A program made the translations under genes and the position numbers. From positions 1,054,001 through 1,118,000 of the forward strand of contig NW_026781893.1 in NCBI RefSeq assembly GCF_031769215.1: 64,000 bases of DNA. The letters run 5' to 3'. Below the pieces are notes generated by a model, which saw only the letters and a list, made by a program, of their open reading frames with translations, made no database searches and was not told where the DNA came from. This document shows positions 26,479-38,030 of this stretch, piece after piece; positions within the stretch are counted from its first letter, which is position 1; each line of letters starts with the position of its first letter. This stretch comes from Ylistrum balloti (taxonomy: Eukaryota).

Positions 26479-27449
26479 GGGGAGGGGGTGTTGTCATTGG
26501 GTCCTGATGTTATCCAGCTCTTGAAAGTCGATAGTGTAATATCATGATATTGTACAAATATGTGTAGGTGTGGTGTACGATGCTTATAACCTCCATGTAG
26601 GTGTTGGTTTAAAACTGTGATGCTGTACACCTCTCTGTATTTGTTAGAGTAACATCACCATGTTGAACAGCTCCTTGTAGTCATTAGTGTAACATCATGA
26701 TGTTGAACAGGTATGTGTTTCGTCTGTGCCCTCAAAGTGATTGCCAAATCCTGCTTATATGCATTGCAACATGCTGACATAATTCTACAGGGCATTTCAT
26801 CATCTATCAGTTCGTAGTTAAGGAATTTACATGATTAAATATAGCATATGTTTGGGATCCCCGGTGGCAAAAAATAGACAGTAGAATTACATAACAGCTA
26901 GTATGTAAAACATTTAACGTACTGTTCACAAAACACGAACACATTGTAATTATGAATGACTGAACAGATATAACTTCACGATATATGATAAAGGAATCCA
27001 ATGGAATAAGAGTAAGTAAAGGTCATATCTAACAACATTGTGTGTACACTTGCGGCACTTTACACATATCTCGTTACATCACAAGGGTTGTAAGCGCATA
27101 TTACAAGTACAAGTGTTATTCTAGATTTGTTAAAAACAACATTCTCAAATCTGTTATTTATTCCTCTTATAGTGCGATTTCTGAAAGCAAAGTTTCTCAG
27201 TTTAGCAGTTGTCATAAAGCAGCATTTACATATCATTTTGAAAATCAAATGTTTCTTTAGGTTGTTTTCATTCTGTAGCAATAATTTACTTTTTAGCTAT
27301 CATATGGCGTAAACAGATTTTTTGCCTTCTTTTGTAGCCTCTAGTGTAACAACACGATGTTGTCCAGCTCTGTGTAATTGTGGGTGTGATAACATGTTTG
27401 TACAAATATGGGTAGTTGTTGGTGTAACAGAACAATGTTGGCCAGCTCT

Positions 27450-30013
27450 GTGTATTCGTTATAACACGGTTGTAAAATGCTCCGTGTAGTCGTTATAACA
27501 CGGTTTTAAACAGCTCTGTGTAGTCGTTATAACACGGTGATAAACATCTCTGTGTATTCGTTATAACACGGTTATAAACAGCTCTGTGTATTCGTTATAA
27601 CATGATGTTAAACAGCTCTGTGTATTTATTATAATACGGTGTTAAACAACTCTGTGTATTCGTTATAATTCGGTTTTTAACTGCTGTGTGTAGTCGTTAT
27701 AACACGATGTTAAACAGCTCTGCGTATTCGCTATAACATGGTTTTGAACTGCTGTGTGTAGATGTGATAACACGGTGTTAAACAGCTCTGTGTATTCGTT
27801 ATAACACGGTGTTAAACAGCTCTGTGTATTTGTTATAACACGTTGTTAAACAGCTCTGTGTATTTGATATAACACGTTGTTAAACAGCTCTGTGTATTTG
27901 ATATAACACGTTGTTAAACAGCTCTGTGTATTTGATATAACACGGTGTTAAACAAGTCTGTGTATTCGTTATAATTCGGTTTTTAACTGCTGTGTGTAGT
28001 CGTTATAACACGGTGTTCAACAGCTCTGTGTATTTGATATAACATGGTTTTAAACTGCTGTGTGTAGATGTGATAACACGGTGCTAACAGCTCAATATAG
28101 TCGTTATACCTCGGTGTTTACCAACTCTGTGTAGTCGTTATAACACGTTGTTAAACAGCTCTGTGTATTTGATATAACACGGTGTTAAACAGCTCTGTGT
28201 ATTTGATATAACACGGTGTTAAACAGCTCTGTGTAGTTGTTATAATACGGTTTTGAACTGATGTGTGTATTCATTATAACACGATGTAAATTGCTCTGTG
28301 TAGTCGTTATAACACGGTTTTAAATAACTCTGTGTAGTCGTTATAACACGGTTTTAAACAGCTCTGTGTAGTCGTTATAACACGATATTAAACAGCTCTG
28401 TTTATTCGTTATAACACGGTTTTAAACTGCTGTGTATAATCGTTATAACACGGTGTTTAACAGCTCTGTGTAGTCGTTACAACACGGTTTTGAACTGCTG
28501 TGTGTAGTCGTTATAACACGGTGTTAAACAGCTCTGTGTATTCGTTATAAGAAGGTGATAAACAGCTTTGTGTAGTCGTTATAACACGGTGTTAAACAGC
28601 TCTGTGTATTTGTTATAACACGGTGTTAAATAGCTCTGTGTAGTCATTATAACACGGTTTGAAACAGCTCTGTGTTGTCGTTATAACACGGTGCTAACAG
28701 CTCAATATAGTCGTTATACCTCGGTGTTTACCAGCTCTGTGTAGTTGTTATAACACGGTTTTAAACAGGTCTGTGTAGTCGTTATAACACGATCTTAAAC
28801 AGCTCTGTTTATTCGTTATAACACGGTTTTAAACTGCTGGGTGTAATCGTTATAACACGGTGTTAAACAACTCTGTGTATTCGTTATAATTCGGTTTTTA
28901 ACTGCTGTGTGTAGTCGTTATAACACGATGTTAAACAGCTCTGCGTATTCGCTATAACATGGTTTTAAACTGTTGTGTGTAGTTGTTATAATACGGTTTT
29001 GATCTGATGTGTGTATTCATTATAACACGATGTAAATTGCTCTGTGTAGTCGTTATAACACGGTTTTAAATAGCTCTGTGTAGTCGTTATAACACGGTTT
29101 TAAACAGGTCTGTTAATTCGTTATAACACGGTTTTAAACTGCTGTGTGTTGTCGTTATAACACGGTGATAAATATCTCTGTGTATTCGTTATAACACGGT
29201 TATAAACAGCTCTGTGTAGTCGTTATAACACGGTGTTAAACTGCTGTGTGTTGTCGTTATAACACGGCGATAAACATCTCTGTGTATTCGTTATAACACG
29301 GTTATAAACAGCTCTGTGTATTTGTTATAACATGATGTTAAACAGCTCTGTGTATTTATTATAACACGGTGTTAAACAACTCTGTGTATTCGTTATAATT
29401 CGGTTTTTAACTGCTGTGTGTAGTCGTTATAACACGGTGTTAATCAGCTCTGTGTATTTGTTATAACACGGTGTTAAATAGCTCTGTGTAGTCATTATAA
29501 CACGGTTTGAAACAGCTCTATGTAGTCGTTATAACACGGTTTGAAACAGCTCTATGTTGTCGTTATAACACGGTGTTAAACAGCTCAATATAATCGTTAT
29601 ACCTCGGTGTTTACCAGCTCTGTGTAGTTGTTATAACACGGTTTTAAACAGGTCTGTGTAGTCGTTATAACACGATCATAAACAGCACTGTTTATTCGTT
29701 ATAACACGGTTTTAAACTGCTGTGTGTAATCGTTATAACACGGTGTTTAACAGCTCTGTGTAGTCGTTATAACACGGTTTTGAACTGCTGTGTGTAGTCG
29801 TTATAACACGGTGTTAAACAGCTCTGTGTAGTCGTTATAAGAAGGTGATAAACAGCTCTGTGTAGTCGTTATAACACGGTTTTGAACTGCTCTGTGTAGT
29901 CGTTATAACAAGGTGGTAAACAGCTCTGTGTATTCGTTATAACACGGTGTTCAACAGCTCTGTGTAGTCGTTATAACACGGTTTTAAACAGCTCTGTGTA
30001 GCCCTTATAACAC
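27450..30013. repeat. 34-bp minisatellite array 2 (~75 copies)
   Basis: same unit; recurring variant blocks such as gtgctaacagctcaatatagtcgttatacctc. Confidence 0.93.
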
Positions 30014-31329
30014 AGGGGAGGGGGTGTTGTCATTGGGTTCTGATACTATGTTATCCAGCTCTTGAAAGTCGATAGTGTAATATCATGATGTTGTACAAAT
30101 ATGTGTAGGTGTTGGTGTATAACTACGATGCTGTACACCTCCATGTAGGTGTTGGTTTAAAACTGTGATGCTGTACACCTCTCTGTATTTGTTAGAGTAA
30201 CATCACCATGTTGAACAGCTCCTTGTAGTCATTAGTGTAACATCATGATGTTGAACAGGTATGTGTTTCGTTAATAAATAAAATTATTTAACGCTATCCA
30301 AAATTTTCAGGGATGCTTGTAGGTGCCGCCCGTTCAGTCCGTTCCTTTGTCTATCCGTCCGTTCTTTGGTTCCAATTAAGCCAGGAGATCTGAATTTGGT
30401 GTATGCATTTATCATACAAAGGATGTTCAGTGAACCAAATTCACTGCCACCTTAAATCCCGTAAGTACAGAATTTTGTATGGTCAAAGTTTCTCTCAAAG
30501 AAACCTGTATTCAGTATCACTGATACTCTTGTTTCTTACCTCTTGTGGTGTTTTCATTATATAAAATTTCTTGTAAACTGTATTATATTTTACCTCTTAT
30601 ATGTATGGATATTGTTGTGTAGTACTTGATAGATTTAGTAGCAATAATCTCATTACCTTCGTATCGAATAGCCGTCTTAATTCACAGAAAGCAGACACTG
30701 ACGTTAAATGAAATTGTCGTTTGATATCGCACTTCTAATAGAAAATTATTATGTTCCGTATTTAATAATCTATGATACCATATGAACATTTCAATAATTG
30801 ATTGTACTTCACTCCATGATGAATCCTTGTGGTTCCAAATTTCTCCGTTTTAAAGCATATTCACAACTTGAAATGTTTCATTTTCCCAACTTTCTACCTC
30901 GCTGAGATCTTTTTCATCAAAGACCACATAAAATGTTCTCACTAAACAATTTTTATTTTTGTCAAACTTAAGTGTTTGTGTAAGATCTAAGTCAATACCG
31001 GAGTTAGTATCCCGAATTAGCATTTCCGTATTTCAAGTTGTATTGAATACAAAAACTCTCATCTCTGAACATTTTTAATGCTATTGTATTGTTAGATAAT
31101 AAGTAATTTGTATTTTGCCTGAATATAATTTCAATTCTGCTATTTCAGCATGTTATTTATCTTTTTCTTTAGATGATAAACTTGGTCCATCATAACTAAG
31201 AGTTATCGTCAGAATACTTTAAGATATTCATATAGATTGAAATGATATCAGATATGTAAAAATTGATGTCATTGCATAATCCTTTCTTCATATTTGTACT
31301 ACTTCATCGTAAGTAACGTTTTGTTCCTC

Positions 31330-31560
31330 CTTCCCCTTAAGGAGGGGCTGTATAGACTAATTGTTTTTTCCTCCTGTTGTTGTTCCGTCCATCCATCCGT
31401 AATGAGGAGATATTGACTTGCTTCTCGTTACGCATTGAAATGAGTTCAAGTTTACACCACGATATGCAAAATATGATATATTTCAAAGGGCCAAAGGCCT
31501 TTCGTTATTTTTTTATTTGGACATATTTTGCTAGGATTATTTCATAACCTTCTATACTTC
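31330..31560. mobile_element. short HINE/Helentron-like fragment
   Basis: palindrome cccc-ttaa-ggagggg followed by tccgtccatccatccgt microsatellite; similar tccgtccg fragments near 30330 and 47540. Confidence 0.35.
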
Positions 31561-32404
31561 GGACAGTAACACATCTTAGTACATTCAAAGCAAATTATTA
31601 TTTGGCCACCGATACAAACATGTTTGTCCTATTTTCAAACATCGAAAAGACAACCACACGGAGGTAACCTGAAGAAACATTTCCTGATTTATTTTTCCTC
31701 AAAATTTCCATATGGTGTGTGTTTTATGTCTGTGATAGTATAAAACTAACAAAGACAGGTCTGTGCCCTCAAAGTGATTGCCAAATCCTGCTTATATGCA
31801 TTGCAACATGCTGACATAATTCTACAGGGCATTTCATCATCTATCAGTTCGTAGTTAAGGAATTTACATGATTAAATATAGCATATGTTTGGGATCCCCG
31901 GTGGCTAAAAATAGACAGTAGAATTACATACCAGCTGGTATGTAAAACATTTAACGCACTGTTCATAAAACAAAGGTCATATCTAACAACATTGTGTGTA
32001 CACTTGCGGCACTTTACACATATCTCGTTACATCACAAGGGTTGTAAGCGCATATTACAAGTACAAGTGTTATTCTAGATTTGTTAAAGACAACATTTTC
32101 AAATCTGTTATTTATTCCTTTTATAGTGCGATTTCTGAAAGCAAAGTTGCTCAGTTTAGCAGTTGTCATAAAGCAGCATTTACATATCATTTTGAAAATC
32201 AAATGTTTCTTTAGGTTGTTTTCTTTCTGTAGCAATAATTTACATTTTAGCTATCATATGGCGTCAACAGATTTTTTGCCTTCTTTTGTAGCCTCTAGTG
32301 TGACAACACGATGTTGTCCAGCTCTGTGTAATTGTGGGTGTGATAACATGATGTTTGTACAAATATGTGTAGTTGATGGTGTAACAGAACAATGTTGGCC
32401 AGCT

Positions 32405-33040
32405 CTGTGTATTCGTTATAACACGGTTGTAAAATGCTCCGTGTAGTCGTTATAACACGGTGATAAACATCTCGGTTTTAAACTGCTGTGTGTAGTTGTT
32501 ATAATACGGTTTTGAACTGATGTGTGTATTCATTATAACACGATGTAAATTGCTCTGTGTAGTCGTTATAACACGGTTTTAAATAGCTCTGTGTAGTCGT
32601 TATAACACGGTTTTAAACAGGTCTGTGTAGTCGTTATAACACGATCTTAAACAGCTCTGTTTATTCGTTATAACACGGTTTTAAACTGCTGTGTGTAATC
32701 TTTATAACACGGTGTTTACCAGCTCTGTGTAGTCGTTATAACACGGTTATAAATAGCTCTGTGTAGTCGTTATAACACGGTGTTAAACAGCTCTGTGTAG
32801 TCGTTATAAGAAGGTGATAAACAGCTCTGTGTATTCGTTATAACACGGTGTTAAAAAGATCTATGTATTTGTTATAACACGGTGTTAAACAGCTCTGTGT
32901 AGTCGTTATAACACGGTTTTGAACTGCTGTGTGTAGTCGTTATAACACGGTGTTAAACAGCTTTGTGTAGTCGTTATAACAAGGTGGTAAACAGCTCTGT
33001 GTATTCGTTATAACACGGTGTTCAACAGCTCTGTGTTTGA
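32405..33040. repeat. 34-bp minisatellite array 3 (~18 copies)
   Basis: same unit. Confidence 0.92.
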
Positions 33041-33598
33041 AAATCATAGCTCTGTGTAATATCATGATATTTACAAATATGTGTAGGTGTTGTTAAAAGC
33101 TCTTGAAAATCGATAGTGTAATATCATGATATTGTACAAATATGTGTAGGTGTTGGTGTAAAACTACGAGGCTGTACACCTCCGTGTAGGTGTTGGTTTA
33201 AAACTGCGATGTTGTACACCTCCGTGTATATATAGGTGTAAAACTAAGATTTTGTACAGATCCGTTTAGATATTGGTTTAAAACTGTGATGCTGTACACC
33301 TCTCTGTATTTGTTAGAGTAACATCACCATGTTGAACAGCTCCTTGTAGTCATAAGTGTAACATCATGATGTTGAACAGGTATGTGTTTCGTCTGTGCCC
33401 TCAAACTGATTCTACACTAAATAACAGATAAATTCGACACATGATTAGATTTTCGTTATCGCCAGTCAAAGCTATAACGCCTACAGTATAACCTTGACAT
33501 TTAGAATAAAACGTTTTACGAAAAAAAATAAACATCACGTGAAGTCTTCAACTGAAACAAGTCCATACTAGACTAGCGTTCTGCTACATAACCAAAGT

Positions 33599-33737
33599 GG
33601 GGATTCCCAACAGCCAAAACTTGAAGTGTTGGGTTTCCCATACAACAACAAAAGCAGAAGACGCTTTGAACACCGCCACATAAGTTAAATATCCTTGCTA
33701 TGTGTGTAAAGACATCGCCTAGCTCTAGTTAAAACAG
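33599..33737 (+). promoter_or_regulatory. candidate promoter with paired kB sites and non-coding first exon of dual-LRAT gene 2
   Basis: GGGGATTCCC (33599-33608) matches GGGRNNYYCC exactly; TGGGTTTCCC (33630-33639) matches 9/10 on the reverse strand; donor CAG|GTAAG at 33738. Confidence 0.68.
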
Positions 33738-36401
33738 GTAAGTCCTGTGTATGTTATTTGTAGCAAACGATTTGACTGACAAGGGGTGATATAAACAGGA
33801 GGTTTGGGTGATGTTGATGAATTAACATACATGGTGTATGTGATAGTAGGGGAATTTTGTTTCTTATCATAAGTTTGTGTTTTAGAGTTTACTGACGACC
33901 GAGAAGATTAACACGCCTCAGTTTGATTCAGGCTTTCACTAACATGGCAATTTTTAAATAACAAGTATTGTGCATGTTTACAGGGGACATACATAAGCAA
34001 TGCTACGTCGTTAGTCACCACGAGGCAGGATGTAACCCCTTGACTGTTTTGATACCTAGCTGACAACAAACATGTTACTGGGATTTATCACTAATTATAC
34101 TAATGACCACAAAAAAGCAATGTCTTTTTTGCTATTCCATTTCCTCCAACGGAAACAGTTTGTTAAATCTAATAATTTATTCTTTATTTAAATAAATGTT
34201 ATTTCTTTAACAAATTGTACAAATAAGTGTGTGCAATATGTTGTAATGATTTTAAGTGTTATGATATATTGTTAGAATAATTAAAACACAGAATCACATA
34301 TTATAATGAAAGTATGATTCATGTGTTATTTAGTGTAGGCAAAATACTTTGTACTAACCACAATATTGCTTATCTCACTTATGTGTAAACGCACTGTTTA
34401 TCAATTTGATGTAAAGGAATTTGACATTTTGAGTCTTTTTTTGAGAAAATAACCTGTTTTGCTGTGATCGGTGATATCGACACACTTGCGATGTTAAATG
34501 GTTCGAATATGAAAAACCCTTTCTACAAACTACTAGTTATGTATTATAGTTGTCGTAAAATTTGTGGTTACCGTTACACTTATATGTGCACCAGCTTCTT
34601 AAATTTTAGGCAAACATATCTAATTATCGCAACTGAAATGTCGTATGAATCTTTCGAGTAAGGTTTAGATGTAACTCCATTAAGAATACAAATAACCCCT
34701 GTGCCGTTAAATAATACCTATCTGGCTATGAGAAGCGATTCGTTAATATCACGCTATAGTTTTATCTCGGCAGGTATATTGAAGATGAAAGAATCAGGCT
34801 ATTCAAATACCGCGATGAGTTCATATTGCATCGTTTTCTCATAGGACATACCCTGTAAATTTTTATGTAAGTTTTTGTTATATGCAGAGCGATAAATGTC
34901 AACGACAACATGATTATTGATATGTGAAAACGATCAAAAACTGAAAATAATGTCGTGTGCTGAAATACTTAATAAAGAGTAATGCATTACAATACATGTA
35001 TTATCATTCAAAACCGTCATCTGCGGTAATATTTTGGAAGGCCGACACCTAAAAGTAAAAATTGTTTTTGATTTGAACAGAACATTAAAAAGTAAACTAG
35101 TAATGGGGTATCTACTTGCTGCAGATGTTCTGTTTTTTTATATTGGCAAATTATTTGTAATTTTTTAAACTCATTTTCGTTTCACAAAACAAACAATTCC
35201 AATTCGTTTTAGACTAAACTTATTTTTGTGTGTATACAGTTTACATATACCGATGTATGTTTACCGGAATTTCTAGGTTATAATGTTTTTCATTTCAGAA
35301 TATTTTATTGTCTTGATGTTGATGACAAATGGAATTGGGCAACAGGCAGAGCCTATGGAAGCCCTCTCTATACAACTTTAACAAGTACACATACACATCA
35401 ATCAAAATTTAAGATATTAAATAATAATGATAGCATTACAGGAATAAGAATTTAGAATATAGATTCAGATGAATAATTATCTAACAGAAATGTTTGGCAA
35501 GCATTACCATCATTTAAATTATAGTGTTAAAGAATAGTAAGATTAGATAGGTAATATAATTATATATAACAAGATGGAATAAAAGTTTGTCAATTGATCA
35601 CGGCACAGGCTGCAGGTTCTAGGTTCTAGGTTTTAATGAAGATATATTCTTTCCATTACCTATTGTCATGTACCTGTACTAAATAGATATGCGTATTATG
35701 TCGACAAAACCTCATCGTCATCAACGAATGACCATGTGTTATTTTTCTGATGTTTTCAAATGTGTTATCCTCCTCCCCTACAGAGCCTCACAGCAGGTTG
35801 ACAATGAAACAAGCATATCATATGTCCGTATTACTAGCCTAGCTCATTATTACAGTAAATGTTCACTATAAGGACCAACGATTAAGGATAATTGTATACT
35901 TATAGTATATATGTTAAACTATAGATGAAATCAACACTGTACTTCGCTAACGTTTTCAGGCCTAGCGGCAATCTTCAGGCGATTGTTTATATGTATACAT
36001 GTGACTTAGGAAGATCATAGGTTCTTTACGGTCACGCTATATCCTGTTTTGAGTAATTACACATATACACAAACTGCCTTTCAAATTGCACGCAAAAGGA
36101 AGGAGTTTACTAGTTATCTTAAACAGCAATATTGTGCTAGAATGTGCCTTACTCCTATGTTACAATTAAAATCTAACTTTGTTATTATGTGTATTATACA
36201 TTTAGGTTCGAGTTAAAATGACCAGAATAATGTGTTTATTTGGTTTCTCCAATATGAATGACAAGTTGAAATGTTTAAATGCAAACTGTAACCGACAGAT
36301 TGATTATAAATGAAATATTATTGTGATGTTTATATACACTTTGTTTCATTTACAGATATTTCATAACCACAATACGTCTTTTGGTGTTACAGAGGAACAA
36401 C

Positions 36402-38030
36402 ATGGCGGATGGAGGCAATTATTCTTTTCAATGTTTATGTGAACGACGCGATACCTTCAAACTTAGACGCTACCTTAGCAGTGAAAACAAGCTGATCGGA
36501 TTGTTTTGTACGGAATGTAACACGGAAAACCTCACACGTGAATATTTAGTAGGCAGCGATGTTGATGCAGATGAAGAAAGCAGCAGTGAAAAACTAAAAA
36601 TGCTTCCCCGACCTGTTCCGACTTTGAGCGAAAACTCAGCGTTTCAAGTTCAAAGTTCGAAAACAAAAATAGACCTGAAATATTTCGCTGATATCCTGAA
36701 ACCAGGAGACCATATATCCTGGCACAGACCTTATTTTGCATGGCATCATGCCATTGTCGAAGAAGTTGCTGCCGAAAAAAACGAACTAACATTAATTCAC
36801 TGGAACAAGAAGGATGACAATATCAAAATTTTACGCAGTCCTTTCCCAGTGGAAGCCAGCGAAGAAAGACTTTTCAATCAGATGTACCGCATTGATTATC
36901 GGGAGGAAATAACAAAGACGAACGATCCGGAACTGGTCTTGGCAAGAGCTCGGTCTAGACTAGATGATACGGGGTATTCTCTCTTTACCGACAACTGTGA
37001 ATCCTTTGCAACCTACTGCAAAACAGGCGTGGAGAAGTCGCATCAACTAGCATGGCTTAAAGGAAAATTAAAAGAGATAGCTGGGCAAAATATAGGTACA
37101 AGTGTCAGGTCAACTATAACTGGAACGTGCAGAATAGTTCAAAAAACAGTTTCTGTTGCGAAGCAAACACTACCAGCTACAATGCAGGATGCAACTATGG
37201 CGGCTGGAAAAATCATTCCAGCAGAAGGAATTGAACGTGCTGTCAAGGGAAGTAACCTGGTTGGAGCTGGCATTGTCATAGTCCTAGAAGCGGGGTTCGT
37301 CACTTGGGATTTGTATAATGCGTATGAAGAAAGAAAAAAAGGGAACACATCAAGGAATGATTTTATCGAAACAGCTATCCAACGAGTAGTGGAAGGTGTG
37401 TTGAGTGCTGGAGTAACTATACTGTTCTCGCTTGGTCCGGAATTAATTGGTATGGCTGTTGGATCACCGCTTGGTCCAGTGGGTATCATTGTCGGTGGAG
37501 TTATAGGCGGGATCGTAGGCGGAGTGGTAGGTAAATTTGTCGGAACTGCTCTTGGCAGTGTGATTGGGAAGGCGATTTCCTCTTCATTCAAAGCCGATGA
37601 TAGAGCAGTGACTAACATATGTGACTTAAAGTGTGGCGACCATATAGTTGTATACGAATGGTTACTTCATCCGCGCTGTCATGCCATAGTCATGGAACAA
37701 AATGGGATCGACAAAATCAAAGTAATTCGCAACACATACCAGGCCGGTGTTGTGGAGGAGTGGATACCGTTCTCCATTCCAATGTTCAAGGTGGATTACC
37801 GAGAAGGAACGTGTAAAGACCCAGAAAAAGTCGTGGAAATGGCCAGGTCGAGACTCGGGGAAAAGCGATATAGTCTGGCTACCTACAACTGCAAAACCTT
37901 TGCCAGACAATGTAAATCTAATCTATATGTAGAACCAGAAGAGGAGCCATGGCAAATGATAAATTATGAAGACCTGCCAGAAGAGGCTCTGCAGCAGCCA
38001 TGCGGTTCCAAATTTGTCGACTCTGAATAA
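36402..38030 (+). CDS. dual-LRAT/PLAAT-domain glycine-zipper protein, paralog 2 (542 aa)
   Basis: acceptor TTACAG at 36392, ATG 36402; WHHAIV / LIHW / DNCESFATYC; glycine zipper; HPRCHAIV / YNCKTFARQC; acidic tail. Confidence 0.92.
   Translation: MADGGNYSFQCLCERRDTFKLRRYLSSENKLIGLFCTECNTENLTREYLVGSDVDADEESSSEKLKMLPRPVPTLSENSAFQVQSSKTKIDLKYFADILKPGDHISWHRPYFAWHHAIVEEVAAEKNELTLIHWNKKDDNIKILRSPFPVEASEERLFNQMYRIDYREEITKTNDPELVLARARSRLDDTGYSLFTDNCESFATYCKTGVEKSHQLAWLKGKLKEIAGQNIGTSVRSTITGTCRIVQKTVSVAKQTLPATMQDATMAAGKIIPAEGIERAVKGSNLVGAGIVIVLEAGFVTWDLYNAYEERKKGNTSRNDFIETAIQRVVEGVLSAGVTILFSLGPELIGMAVGSPLGPVGIIVGGVIGGIVGGVVGKFVGTALGSVIGKAISSSFKADDRAVTNICDLKCGDHIVVYEWLLHPRCHAIVMEQNGIDKIKVIRNTYQAGVVEEWIPFSIPMFKVDYREGTCKDPEKVVEMARSRLGEKRYSLATYNCKTFARQCKSNLYVEPEEEPWQMINYEDLPEEALQQPCGSKFVDSE

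Larger units (their letters stand above)
24640..33410. repeat. higher-order repeat: three copies of a ~700-bp head, 34-bp minisatellite array and ~250-bp tail
   Basis: unit starts tctgtgccctcaaa at 24828, 26723 and 31760, with a partial copy at 33392; lead-in 24645-24827 repeated at 31575-31759; 30270-31570 is unrelated sequence. Confidence 0.92.

Noticed and set aside
30430-31290. Possible LINE remnants in the satellite interruption (also 52200-52700)
   Set aside because: Only vague motif echoes with many stops; not enough to call
24912-32446. Triplicated short ORFs (MYTCGTLH..., MLKTTFSN..., MDSFIIYR...) as a gene family
   Set aside because: Copies differ by frame-breaking indels, show no motifs, and simply follow the satellite head
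25545-33040. 34-bp repeat arrays as CRISPR
   Set aside because: Units are contiguous with no unique spacers, there are no cas genes, and the context is eukaryotic
24828-33391. Helitron rolling-circle concatemer as origin of the higher-order repeat
   Set aside because: Units start with TC but lack a 3' hairpin and CTRR end; the 21-bp direct repeat explains the junction more simply
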